A DNA stretch of 64,000 nucleotides from Tulanevirus 60ahydrpp (taxonomy: Duplodnaviria > Heunggongvirae > Uroviricota > Caudoviricetes > Straboviridae): the IMG/VR virus record IMGVR_UViG_2974724359_000001, positions 83,795 to 147,794 of that record; one strand, 5' to 3'. Positions within the stretch are counted from its first letter, which is position 1; every line of letters starts with the position of its first letter. Positions 18,185 through 26,238 of the stretch are shown here, in pieces. The position numbers were made by a program, and so were the translations under genes. The notes under the pieces are model-generated. The model ran no database searches. It saw only the letters and a list, made by a program, of their open reading frames with translations, and was not told the origin of the DNA.

Positions 18185-18400
18185 ATGATCAACTTCACCG
18201 AAGCATTCGGCAACGTTAAATCCCACGCAATGTTCTTCTCCACGTATCTTGATACCTTTATCAATGTTTACGGTGTTGAAACTGATTCTCCGTCAGTCTT
18301 CATGAACATCAAAGGTACAAAGAAAGCAAAGCGTCTCGGCGGCAAGAAAGCTGCTTCATACATCGAATACGTTCAAATTGAATTGGCTAAAGGAGAATAA
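18185..18400 (+). CDS. Hypothetical early protein
   Basis: ORF after promoter and GGAG RBS. Confidence 0.7.
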   Translation: MINFTEAFGNVKSHAMFFSTYLDTFINVYGVETDSPSVFMNIKGTKKAKRLGGKKAASYIEYVQIELAKGE

Positions 18401-18401
18401 A

Positions 18402-18650
18402 ATGAAAGCACGTTTCAAATCTGAAGAAGCACGTCAGCAGTTCATCAACTACGGCGAAAAGCGTTGGGCAATTGGCCCTCTGGGCGACACAAATAACAAC
18501 CGTCGCATCGCTCGTCATTTGGGAATGAAAGAGTTTGACGTTGTCAAACTCAATTCTCCATTTGCTGGCTGGTTTGACATCGTCATTGATGGCGCGGTGT
18601 TCGAGTCTATCGCTAGCGACGAAACTTGCTTCTTCGAGTTCATTGATTGA
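18402..18650 (+). CDS. Hypothetical protein, 'FKSxExR' paralog family
   Basis: MKARFKSEEARQQF...CFFEFID; AGGAG RBS. Confidence 0.75.
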   Translation: MKARFKSEEARQQFINYGEKRWAIGPLGDTNNNRRIARHLGMKEFDVVKLNSPFAGWFDIVIDGAVFESIASDETCFFEFID

Positions 18651-18657
18651 TTAACTG

Positions 18658-18681
18658 GCCGGGCGGCTGCCCGGCTTTTTT
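18658..18681 (+). terminator. Rho-independent terminator
   Basis: gccgggc-GGCT-gcccggc followed by T6. Confidence 0.85.
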
Positions 18682-18696
18682 GTATCAAAACAGTTT

Positions 18697-18808
18697 GAGG
18701 CTTTGCCTCTTCGAGCGAAGCTCGAATTTATCCTTTTAGTTATAATATCTATTAAGCCATAAAGGATAAAAATGTCTAGTTCGACAGGGTCGAACCAGGT
18801 AAACCTGG
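18697..18808. repeat. Structured intergenic element, copy 1 (43-bp core 18727-18769 flanked by four mini-hairpins)
   Basis: Core identical to 43207-43249; hairpins gaggc/gcctc, ttcgagc/gctcgaa, ttcgac/gtcgaa, ccagg/cctgg. Confidence 0.85.
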
Positions 18809-18964
18809 CTGAACTCAATAGTTTAGTCAATAATACATTCACATAAGAATAAGGTATTATCCAGGTTCAACCCAGTTAATCCTAAAATTATTTTAACTTT
18901 AACTGTGTCATTGTAATGTTTACTGTGTTAGGATAACACCAGTAGAAAAACAAAGGAGGTCATT

Positions 18965-19243
18965 ATGACCCTGCATGAAGAAATATCTGAAGCTCTGGTT
19001 CGAATTTGTCGCATCAACGTACGATTCATGGGTGATGAAGAAACTGCCGATGAACTGAGCGACGAAGTTAACCCAATTATTGCTAATATCAAAGATGGTA
19101 TTGCAACCCGCAAAGAACTTGGCCGGCTGTGTCATTTGGGTCTTGTGCACGAAGCGAATCTTTATGGTTCCGATTGGGGCAAAATTGTTTCCAAAATGGA
19201 ACACCGCATGAAAAAGGAACATAGTTATGCAAATCACCTTTAA
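18965..19243 (+). CDS. Hypothetical protein
   Basis: GGAGG RBS. Confidence 0.7.
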   Translation: MTLHEEISEALVRICRINVRFMGDEETADELSDEVNPIIANIKDGIATRKELGRLCHLGLVHEANLYGSDWGKIVSKMEHRMKKEHSYANHL

Positions 19244-19493
19244 ATCCGAAGAACACCGCAAAGCATTTGCACGTATTGCCAAATGCAATGAATGGATTGC
19301 TCACACTCTCGGTATGGACACATGGGAATGCCGAGAAGAACCGGCAGATGAATATGACAAAACCCCAGTATTGGCTGTTCTTGACGGTTTCGGCAATCAG
19401 GTCGCTGGAGTGTTTGTGTATGACGGTGGTCAGTGTGAAGATCACGCATGGGTTTTCTGGGGTGAGCGCGAATATTTCGATATTACTGAATAA
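19227..19493 (+). CDS. Hypothetical protein, 'FKSxExR' paralog family
   Basis: MQITFKSEEHRKAF...EREYFDITE. Confidence 0.75.
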   Translation: MQITFKSEEHRKAFARIAKCNEWIAHTLGMDTWECREEPADEYDKTPVLAVLDGFGNQVAGVFVYDGGQCEDHAWVFWGEREYFDITE

Positions 19494-19505
19494 AGGAAAC
19501 ACATA

Positions 19506-21620
19506 ATGATTATTGGTTCTAACGAACAAGATGTGATGTTTGGTAATGCACCTTCTAAACGGACCGGGTTTAAAATCCAGGCCGGGCGGAAGGCATTCCA
19601 AGTACTTTCTGAAAAGCTTTATAAAGACAAAGCTGAAGCAGTTTTGCGCGAGCTTTCGTGTAATGCGGTTGATATCCATTGTGAACTCGGAAAAGGACAT
19701 ATTCCATTCAACGTCACTCTCCCAACTTCAATTTACCCATGGTTCGTAATCCGTGATTTCGGAACTGGGCTGACACAAGAGCAAGTTGATGAAATTTTCA
19801 CTGTCTATTTTGCTTCCACCAAAGATGGTTCCGACGATTCAATCGGCGGTTTCGGCCTTGGCTGCAAATCTCCATTTGCATACAGCGAGTCGGGGGGCGG
19901 GTTCACCGTAAAAAGCTATCAAAAAGGCATGTGTACCGTCTACAACATGTATATGGATAATGGAGAACCATTTGCTACACCGATGTCGACTACTCCGACG
20001 ACTGAAGAAGATGGTCTCGAGATTCTGGTTCCAATCCCTGAGCACGAACATGCTCGTTGGAAAGTACTAGCTCGCAAAGTGTACCGGGCATTTGATCGCT
20101 GCAAGCCTTACATCACAAATATGGATGCAAGCAGTATTGAAGAATTTCCGAATCAAGATTCGTTCTTCAATACTGACGAATTCGCCCGTCCTGGAGAAGT
20201 ATATGCCGTAATCGGTGGAGTAGTGTACCCGATCCCTCATCGTCTCCTGGAATCCGATATGGTATTTCGATATGCTGGCAAAGCCGCGTATATCAAGTGC
20301 CCCATTGGCTCAGTAGACATTGCTCCTTCTCGGGAAGAACTGTCACTGACCAAAGAAGGCGAAGATTACATCGTTTCTCGACTTCGCGATTTTTCTGATA
20401 ACTTTGCCGAATCGGTAAAGAAGGAATTTGACGGAATAACCGATAAACGAAAAGCCGTAATTAAAGCCAGCGGATACAACAACTATGTTCGCCAAGCTAT
20501 TTCAGATTTGGTCATTGACGGCGAACGAATTAACGATCTTATTGATCGATATACAAATATGTCAAAGCTTTGTGACATTACCGTTTATGCATATCGTGGC
20601 GGCAGTTTGCGTCAGCATGTTACACGCTCTGGTTATTCGTGGAGAAGTTCCAATATAGATGCAACAGAAGTCTTTGGAATCAGTCGGCGTAAAGTGCATG
20701 TTCTCATCAATGATACCGGTGAAGGCATTCCAAATATGGTTCGGGCATATCATCATCATATTGGCAATACTATTCCGGTAGTTGTGTTGAACAAAACTCG
20801 TAAGTTGAAGAAAAACGAGTACGCCCAATATGCCCGAACCATGAAAGCTATTTGTGAGAAGTTTGATGTTGGCGAACGCTCAATTCTCAAATTTAGTGAA
20901 ATGGATGATATTCGAAAAGCATTTACGGTACATAAGCGCAAAACATCTCCTCGCCGAGATCCTAAGCCAAACGTTCAACGTCATTACATTAATGATTTTG
21001 ACATTCGCGACATCGAATTAGTTTACATGACATCCGCCGAAATAAAAGCTCTTGAAGGAATTGCGGTTATTTCGTATAACGATACATTTGACAGAATTGC
21101 GCTTAAAGCTTCACCGTATACGGTGCGTAATGCCCCTAGCAAATTGATGCAGATTGGAGCAACCGAAGTTTACGTTATCGATAATGGAAAGCGTTCTGCA
21201 GCTGTAAAGGCTCCTGGCTTGAAATGCGGCTTTAAGTGGGCATATGACCAGTGCAAAGTGTCAAAAGATGCTTTTGATATTCTTAGTGCCGAGTGCCCTA
21301 ATATCAGTGACTATGAAGAAGCAATTCGTCTTAAGCAAATGGGCATTCTTGGAATTGATATAACCGAAAAGTTTGATGAAAGCAATGATGATTTCTTGAC
21401 TGACGCATCTCTATGGGTTGAAATCGGAAATCCTGATTATGCTGATTTTGCTGAAATCAAAGAATATGTTGATGAACAGAATAAAAAGTATTCCGAAATG
21501 TTCTATGACCGCATGGAGTCATTGAAAATTAAGCACCCGCTATTGTTTGCAGTTGCAGTTAGTGGTATAGAATTGACTCATGAAATCATGAAAGATATCG
21601 AAATTCTCCGGGCTCAGTAA
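19506..21620 (+). CDS. rIIA: rIIA protein
   Basis: GHKL-like N-terminus LRELSCNAVD, IRDFGTG, YFASTK, IGGFGLGCKSPFAY; DIAPSREELS. Confidence 0.93.
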   Translation: MIIGSNEQDVMFGNAPSKRTGFKIQAGRKAFQVLSEKLYKDKAEAVLRELSCNAVDIHCELGKGHIPFNVTLPTSIYPWFVIRDFGTGLTQEQVDEIFTVYFASTKDGSDDSIGGFGLGCKSPFAYSESGGGFTVKSYQKGMCTVYNMYMDNGEPFATPMSTTPTTEEDGLEILVPIPEHEHARWKVLARKVYRAFDRCKPYITNMDASSIEEFPNQDSFFNTDEFARPGEVYAVIGGVVYPIPHRLLESDMVFRYAGKAAYIKCPIGSVDIAPSREELSLTKEGEDYIVSRLRDFSDNFAESVKKEFDGITDKRKAVIKASGYNNYVRQAISDLVIDGERINDLIDRYTNMSKLCDITVYAYRGGSLRQHVTRSGYSWRSSNIDATEVFGISRRKVHVLINDTGEGIPNMVRAYHHHIGNTIPVVVLNKTRKLKKNEYAQYARTMKAICEKFDVGERSILKFSEMDDIRKAFTVHKRKTSPRRDPKPNVQRHYINDFDIRDIELVYMTSAEIKALEGIAVISYNDTFDRIALKASPYTVRNAPSKLMQIGATEVYVIDNGKRSAAVKAPGLKCGFKWAYDQCKVSKDAFDILSAECPNISDYEEAIRLKQMGILGIDITEKFDESNDDFLTDASLWVEIGNPDYADFAEIKEYVDEQNKKYSEMFYDRMESLKIKHPLLFAVAVSGIELTHEIMKDIEILRAQ

Positions 21621-21647
21621 GAGCCCTTAAAAACAAAGAGGTATGAT

Positions 21648-22586
21648 ATGGCTAAGCTTAAAATTGTTAAGTGTTTTGATAATGAAACCAAGCAACAGAT
21701 CTTTGACAAATATTCTACTGGCAGTGTGTCTCAAGCTTATTTGGCAAGCGAATATTGTGTATCGGTAGATACAATTGCTCGGGTTCTGAAAGAAGTTCGA
21801 AATTGGGATACCTCGGTTGCAACGCCGGAGGATTCACCTGCCGAGGAAGAAATTGCTGATAAGCTGGAATGTACCTGGATGGCCAATTCCAAGTTCCTTT
21901 CTGTGACCATCGGCGCCGAAACTTATAATGCTTCTGGTGATCACCCACAGTTCATGGAAATCATCGGTCTTCTTCGTGAAGAAAAATATGATGAAGCAAT
22001 GGAAATGCTGAATATCAAGCGTGGCCTTGAGCGATATGTCTCTGGCGATCTGGTTATCGAAGGCGGCACACTGAAATACAAAGATCTGATCATTGATTCT
22101 GGTCTTACTCGTCGCATCGTTGGAAAGATGCAAAACGGCGAACCTTTCGAGCCGCTCGTTGCATTCTTTGAAAATCTGATGGCTAACCCAAGTCGTCGAG
22201 CCGTATATCAGCTGTACGACTTCCTGGAACACAACGACATTGAAATCACCGATGATGGTCATTTCATTGCTTGGAAGCGTGTAGGCAGCAATTTCAAAGA
22301 CATGTACACCGGCAAATTCGATAACTCTCCTGGAACAGTGGTTAAGGTTAATCGCTTCCAAGTTGATGAAAACCCTAACGTTACCTGCTCTCATGGTCTT
22401 CATGTTGCTGCCAAGTCGTATATCCCTCATTATGGTGGTGGTTCTGGAAAAGTGATTGCGTGCAAGGTCAACCCAGCGGACGTAGTCGCTATTCCAACCG
22501 ACTACAACAATGCCAAAATGCGTTGCGCTGGCTATGAAGTTCTTTACGAAGTAACTTCTGACTTCAAAGAAATGAAGCACTACTAA
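21648..22586 (+). CDS. rIIB: rIIB protein
   Basis: N-terminal HTH; DIEITDDGHFIAWKRV, FDNSPG, VDENPNVTCSHGLHV, KMRCAGYEVL. Confidence 0.93.
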   Translation: MAKLKIVKCFDNETKQQIFDKYSTGSVSQAYLASEYCVSVDTIARVLKEVRNWDTSVATPEDSPAEEEIADKLECTWMANSKFLSVTIGAETYNASGDHPQFMEIIGLLREEKYDEAMEMLNIKRGLERYVSGDLVIEGGTLKYKDLIIDSGLTRRIVGKMQNGEPFEPLVAFFENLMANPSRRAVYQLYDFLEHNDIEITDDGHFIAWKRVGSNFKDMYTGKFDNSPGTVVKVNRFQVDENPNVTCSHGLHVAAKSYIPHYGGGSGKVIACKVNPADVVAIPTDYNNAKMRCAGYEVLYEVTSDFKEMKHY

Positions 22587-22592
22587 TTTTCA

Positions 22593-22620
22593 TAAGCCCT
22601 CTTCGGAGGGCTTATTTGTA
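22593..22620 (+). terminator. Probable terminator
   Basis: taagccctc-TTCG-gagggctta followed by tttg. Confidence 0.7.
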
Positions 22621-22629
22621 AGGGGTTGT

Positions 22630-22929
22630 ATGAGCTCACCATTTAGCATTGTATTTTACAAAGACGATGACATTGTTGGTTCGGGTTATGGAAATCATAG
22701 TTGGATTTCGCCGAATGACTTACAGAAAGCGAAGAACATAATTGCAGTTGTTGAAGGAACATCTTGGCAGTTAGGACCGCACGAGAAAGAATGGACCCAT
22801 TTCATCGCTGCTGGTCGAGCGTTTTATGCTCAAGATTACGAGAAAATGAAGCAAATCGTTTATCTTATAGAAAGCTTTGATTTATCCGATTTTTCATTGT
22901 CATATTCTGAAATTGTGAGGAAATTGTAA
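22630..22929 (+). CDS. Hypothetical protein
   Basis: ORF between rIIB and denB. Confidence 0.65.
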   Translation: MSSPFSIVFYKDDDIVGSGYGNHSWISPNDLQKAKNIIAVVEGTSWQLGPHEKEWTHFIAAGRAFYAQDYEKMKQIVYLIESFDLSDFSLSYSEIVRKL

Positions 22930-23579
22930 TGACCGTACCGATGAACGTATCCCACGACGAATTTATCGCCCTTCGTCATATCCAGCCGTTTGACGCGGAT
23001 ATTATTCGTCTTCAGATCTGCGACCAACTCAAAAAGCAGCCCGATACGAGGGATGAGCTTTTTGAAAAACGGAAAAGGCGATATGATGATACCATCCAAT
23101 ATGCTCTTGATGAAGCGGCTGGGAAGGATATTCCTCGGCAAGAGGTCATTGATAGAACGGTTCATTCACTGAATGCCGAAATGGGTGTCGCATATATCCT
23201 GGGTGGTGTCTGGGGAGTATTTGACTGGTTAGACAATGATAATATCACCTTTGATGTGCCAACACCTGGGTTCAATCTGGAAATAAAGACTTCTTTTGCT
23301 AAATGGCCAACAATGCATACCGCTGGTGCTAAACCGTACGGCAAATCAGAAGGGCTGTGCTTGTACTCTGGTTTGCGCGGAGATGCTGATGTTTACCTGG
23401 TATTGAACATCAATGAATACGCTGGCCGCGTCACATATAGACCGAATTACTTCTTCACGAAGCGAGCTATGGAAAATTATCCGTATGTGATCTGCGTTCC
23501 CAAACGCGGAGGCGGAGCATACGTCAATAGACAGCACAACAAATTTGTTTATTTTTATAACAAGTGGTGTACACTCTGA
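22929..23579 (+). CDS. denB: DenB-like endonuclease IV (cytosine-specific ssDNA nuclease)
   Basis: EVIDRTVHSLNAEMGVAYILGG, FDV..PGFNLEIKT, PYGKSEGLCL, ADVYLVLN resemble T4 DenB; syntenic after rIIB. Confidence 0.7.
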   Translation: MTVPMNVSHDEFIALRHIQPFDADIIRLQICDQLKKQPDTRDELFEKRKRRYDDTIQYALDEAAGKDIPRQEVIDRTVHSLNAEMGVAYILGGVWGVFDWLDNDNITFDVPTPGFNLEIKTSFAKWPTMHTAGAKPYGKSEGLCLYSGLRGDADVYLVLNINEYAGRVTYRPNYFFTKRAMENYPYVICVPKRGGGAYVNRQHNKFVYFYNKWCTL

Positions 23580-23595
23580 TTTTGCGTGATAAAAT
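23567..23595 (+). promoter_or_regulatory. Early promoter GTGTAC-17-TAAAAT
   Basis: Consensus match. Confidence 0.7.
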
Positions 23596-23620
23596 GTAAC
23601 AGTCATTTTGTATCAAGGAA

Positions 23621-23833
23621 ATGAAAATGAGAACTCATGAATTTCTGAAAAGACGCGCCCGGCCGGGCTGTGCCGAGCAAAAGAAAGAGCTGATAGCTGA
23701 GCATGGAATGCTTTGCGCATTGGTCGATCATCACATCATCATGTGCTATGATCGCGAAGACTCGCCTGAGCTCATTCGAGCCAAGAAAGACCGTGATGCA
23801 ATCGAAAAACTCCTAATGGAGATTACTAAATGA
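23621..23833 (+). CDS. Hypothetical protein
   Basis: ORF after promoter. Confidence 0.6.
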   Translation: MKMRTHEFLKRRARPGCAEQKKELIAEHGMLCALVDHHIIMCYDREDSPELIRAKKDRDAIEKLLMEITK

Positions 23834-24045
23834 AAAAGTGTACTTTTGATGAAGTTATGAAAGGCATCGGGTATGTTAAAGTCGACTCGTTGGCAGTTTT
23901 GGAAGATTCGCTTGAAGGTATTGAAGCACTTGTTTATGAAAACATGATCACCTTCCCCTGCTGGGTAAAACGGGTTGGGAATCACTTCGATGAGATGTAT
24001 GACGTGAACTGGGTTTTCTTTGATTTTGTTCCACTTTCTGAATAA
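23830..24045 (+). CDS. Hypothetical protein
   Basis: Coupled ORF with GGAG RBS. Confidence 0.6.
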   Translation: MKKCTFDEVMKGIGYVKVDSLAVLEDSLEGIEALVYENMITFPCWVKRVGNHFDEMYDVNWVFFDFVPLSE

Positions 24046-24050
24046 AATGT

Positions 24051-24089
24051 GTTTACAACCTTGTGGTTATAGGATACTATAGCCACAAG
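24051..24089 (+). promoter_or_regulatory. Early promoter GTTTAC-18-TACTAT with a 12-bp inverted repeat (one G-T pair)
   Basis: cttgtggttata/tatagccacaag at 24060-24071/24078-24089. Confidence 0.8.
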
Positions 24090-24119
24090 TTAAACAAATA
24101 GATAAACACGGAGTATTTT

Positions 24120-24299
24120 ATGATCAACTACACTTTCAAATGTGAAACTTCTGCTGAAACATTCAATTATGTCGTCGGCACCAAGCGTGGTAAAGCCTGG
24201 GCAAATAAAACTCTTCGTGAGTATCTGGATGAAACTGGTGATAAAGATGCAACTATCACCCTCATCAAAGAAGAAAAATGTAATTGGAGTAAGTTATGA
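24120..24299 (+). CDS. Small hypothetical early protein (59 aa, below the ORF-track cutoff)
   Basis: MINYTFKCETSAETFNYVVGTKRGKAW...; GGAG RBS; ATGA overlap with the next gene. Confidence 0.65.
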   Translation: MINYTFKCETSAETFNYVVGTKRGKAWANKTLREYLDETGDKDATITLIKEEKCNWSKL

Positions 24300-24979
24300 A
24301 CGGCCCTAAAACATTCGACAGCCAATTCAGGCTTCGCGGCGGTTTTGCGCAAGACATCGGCAACGGCGAAATCAAGAACGAGCCAATGTTTTTCAACTCA
24401 GACTTGGAATTCGCGTACGAGAACGGCGGCCCTATCACCCGCAGTTTCATCGAAAATCTCCCACTTGATTGGAAAAGCGATGTGATTTTCGATTCGCGTG
24501 TTCACATGCTTATGCCTGGGTGGTACCCCGCGATTCCCGGATATCATCATGATGACGTGCCGCGACCACCAATTCCGGTAGGCCAGCACTTTGCAACTGC
24601 AGGACAGCCGGACTATGACAATCCTCGTTATCTGTCTCGCCATATCCTTGGTTTGGTTAATGGTGATATCTGTCCTACTCATTTTGCAGTAGGACGATCG
24701 GAATTCAGCCAAATTCCTGATGGTGAACTTATCTATCGGCAATGGCATCAGGAAGTCATGGCTAAGCTCGAAACTGGCGAGTTGAGCAAGCATATTGCCC
24801 CTGATCGAACTCTTGTAGAGTTTGACTGGCAAACTTGGCACACTGGTTCAAAAGCTGTTAGCAACGGATGGCGTTGGTTTGGTCGAGTTTCTCGCAACAC
24901 TGATCGAGTTCTGACGCCATCGAATGAAATTCGACGTCAAGTTCAAGTTTACATGGAATTCCCAATGGAGGGCTGGTGA
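24296..24979 (+). CDS. Putative 2-oxoglutarate/Fe(II)-dependent dioxygenase-like protein
   Basis: H-x-D (PGYHHDD), distal His (QTWHTG) and late Arg (GWRWFGR) in DSBH-like order. Confidence 0.5.
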   Translation: MNGPKTFDSQFRLRGGFAQDIGNGEIKNEPMFFNSDLEFAYENGGPITRSFIENLPLDWKSDVIFDSRVHMLMPGWYPAIPGYHHDDVPRPPIPVGQHFATAGQPDYDNPRYLSRHILGLVNGDICPTHFAVGRSEFSQIPDGELIYRQWHQEVMAKLETGELSKHIAPDRTLVEFDWQTWHTGSKAVSNGWRWFGRVSRNTDRVLTPSNEIRRQVQVYMEFPMEGW

Positions 24980-25215
24980 TGGTCAAGTATCGTTTTGTCA
25001 GTGAAGAGCAATTCAACGCATGGGCCAAGCAAAACTACGCGCAAGAATTCGCATTTGCTTTTGACTCATGGGATACAATCTTCGAAATGGAAGACATCGA
25101 ATGTGAAGTTTGTTCTGACACTATCGAAATCGACGGTGAAATTTACATGAGTACCCAATGGTACCCGTTCAATGCAGCAGACCTTGGCACTCGCATCATC
25201 GAGGTGGAAGAATGA
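24976..25215 (+). CDS. Hypothetical protein (distant 'FxSEE' family member)
   Basis: VKYRFVSEEQFNAW; coupled to the upstream gene. Confidence 0.65.
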   Translation: MMVKYRFVSEEQFNAWAKQNYAQEFAFAFDSWDTIFEMEDIECEVCSDTIEIDGEIYMSTQWYPFNAADLGTRIIEVEE

Positions 25216-25460
25216 AGTTATTTGCATTTCGTCATAAAGGTGATAAAACTTTGGCCGAATTGTACCATCTGGCCAGCACATATCTTGTCGATAGCGGTGG
25301 CGGATACCCATTTGTTGGTACTTCTCAACACGAAATGGATGCCATAATTAATCATTGCCACGATTACGTTATCAATGATATTGACATGGATGATTATGAA
25401 ATCGTTGAATTTGAACTTAGTCACAAGTTTATAGCTGGCAATTGCATAGGAACGCCATAA
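25212..25460 (+). CDS. Hypothetical protein
   Basis: Coupled ORF. Confidence 0.6.
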   Translation: MKLFAFRHKGDKTLAELYHLASTYLVDSGGGYPFVGTSQHEMDAIINHCHDYVINDIDMDDYEIVEFELSHKFIAGNCIGTP

Positions 25461-25723
25461 TGTTTGCAGTCCAACATAAAGAAACAGGCAAATGCGTCCG
25501 CTCAATCGAATACAGTTCATCTGGGCATCTTGGAATAACTTTTCTAGAGCCTGGCGATATGCAGGAAGGCTCAAAAGTACACGTTTTTGATACGTTAGAT
25601 GATGCTGTCCGTTGTATGAGTGGGAATTTCCAAGCAACATTTCATGACTTCTGCGAATTTGAAATTGGAAGTTATGGCGAAAAAGATTATCAAGTTGTTT
25701 GCTTAACAGCTGTTTTAGTGTAA
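25460..25723 (+). CDS. Hypothetical protein
   Basis: Coupled ORF; MFAVQHK start resembles the preceding MKLFAFRHK. Confidence 0.6.
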   Translation: MFAVQHKETGKCVRSIEYSSSGHLGITFLEPGDMQEGSKVHVFDTLDDAVRCMSGNFQATFHDFCEFEIGSYGEKDYQVVCLTAVLV

Positions 25724-25758
25724 AATACAAGTCAACCAATTGAATAGAGAAAAATATC

Positions 25759-26229
25759 ATGAAAACTAATCTTACTGCTCAACGCATTGTAGTTACTGGT
25801 GCCCAACGTGTTGGTGCTTTTGAATTTGACGCAGGAAAATTCCTGGATGTGAAATTCACTTTTGCGCCTGGAAAAAATCGTGAAAGCATTAGCAAGCCCG
25901 GCATTTATGTTATCGTTAAAGATGGTGTTGCTGTAGCTCGTACTTTTGTTGGTCAACAGGAAAAGCGTGTTGGCTTTAACGAGACTATTTCGCGAGTAAT
26001 TAGCTGCTGTTGGAAATATACTGACGGTCTTCCGCGGAAGATTTATCGCTCAGTCACAGGTCAAAACAAGACCCATACGGTTTACCATATTCCGATGTCC
26101 CTGATGCCAAGACTGTTGAATATGCAACAGCTTGAGCTGTTTGAAGATAACATCAACAAATATCAGTCGCTCACTGCTGTTTCGCGTCAACTGTTTAAGG
26201 TATATAATTTCGAATATCAAAAACGATAA
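25759..26229 (+). CDS. ndd: Nucleoid disruption protein Ndd
   Basis: ISKPGIYVIV, ARTFVGQQEKRVGF, YQSLTAVSRQL..VYNFEYQ resemble T4 Ndd; syntenic before 52. Confidence 0.8.
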   Translation: MKTNLTAQRIVVTGAQRVGAFEFDAGKFLDVKFTFAPGKNRESISKPGIYVIVKDGVAVARTFVGQQEKRVGFNETISRVISCCWKYTDGLPRKIYRSVTGQNKTHTVYHIPMSLMPRLLNMQQLELFEDNINKYQSLTAVSRQLFKVYNFEYQKR

Positions 26230-26238
26230 GGAATACCC

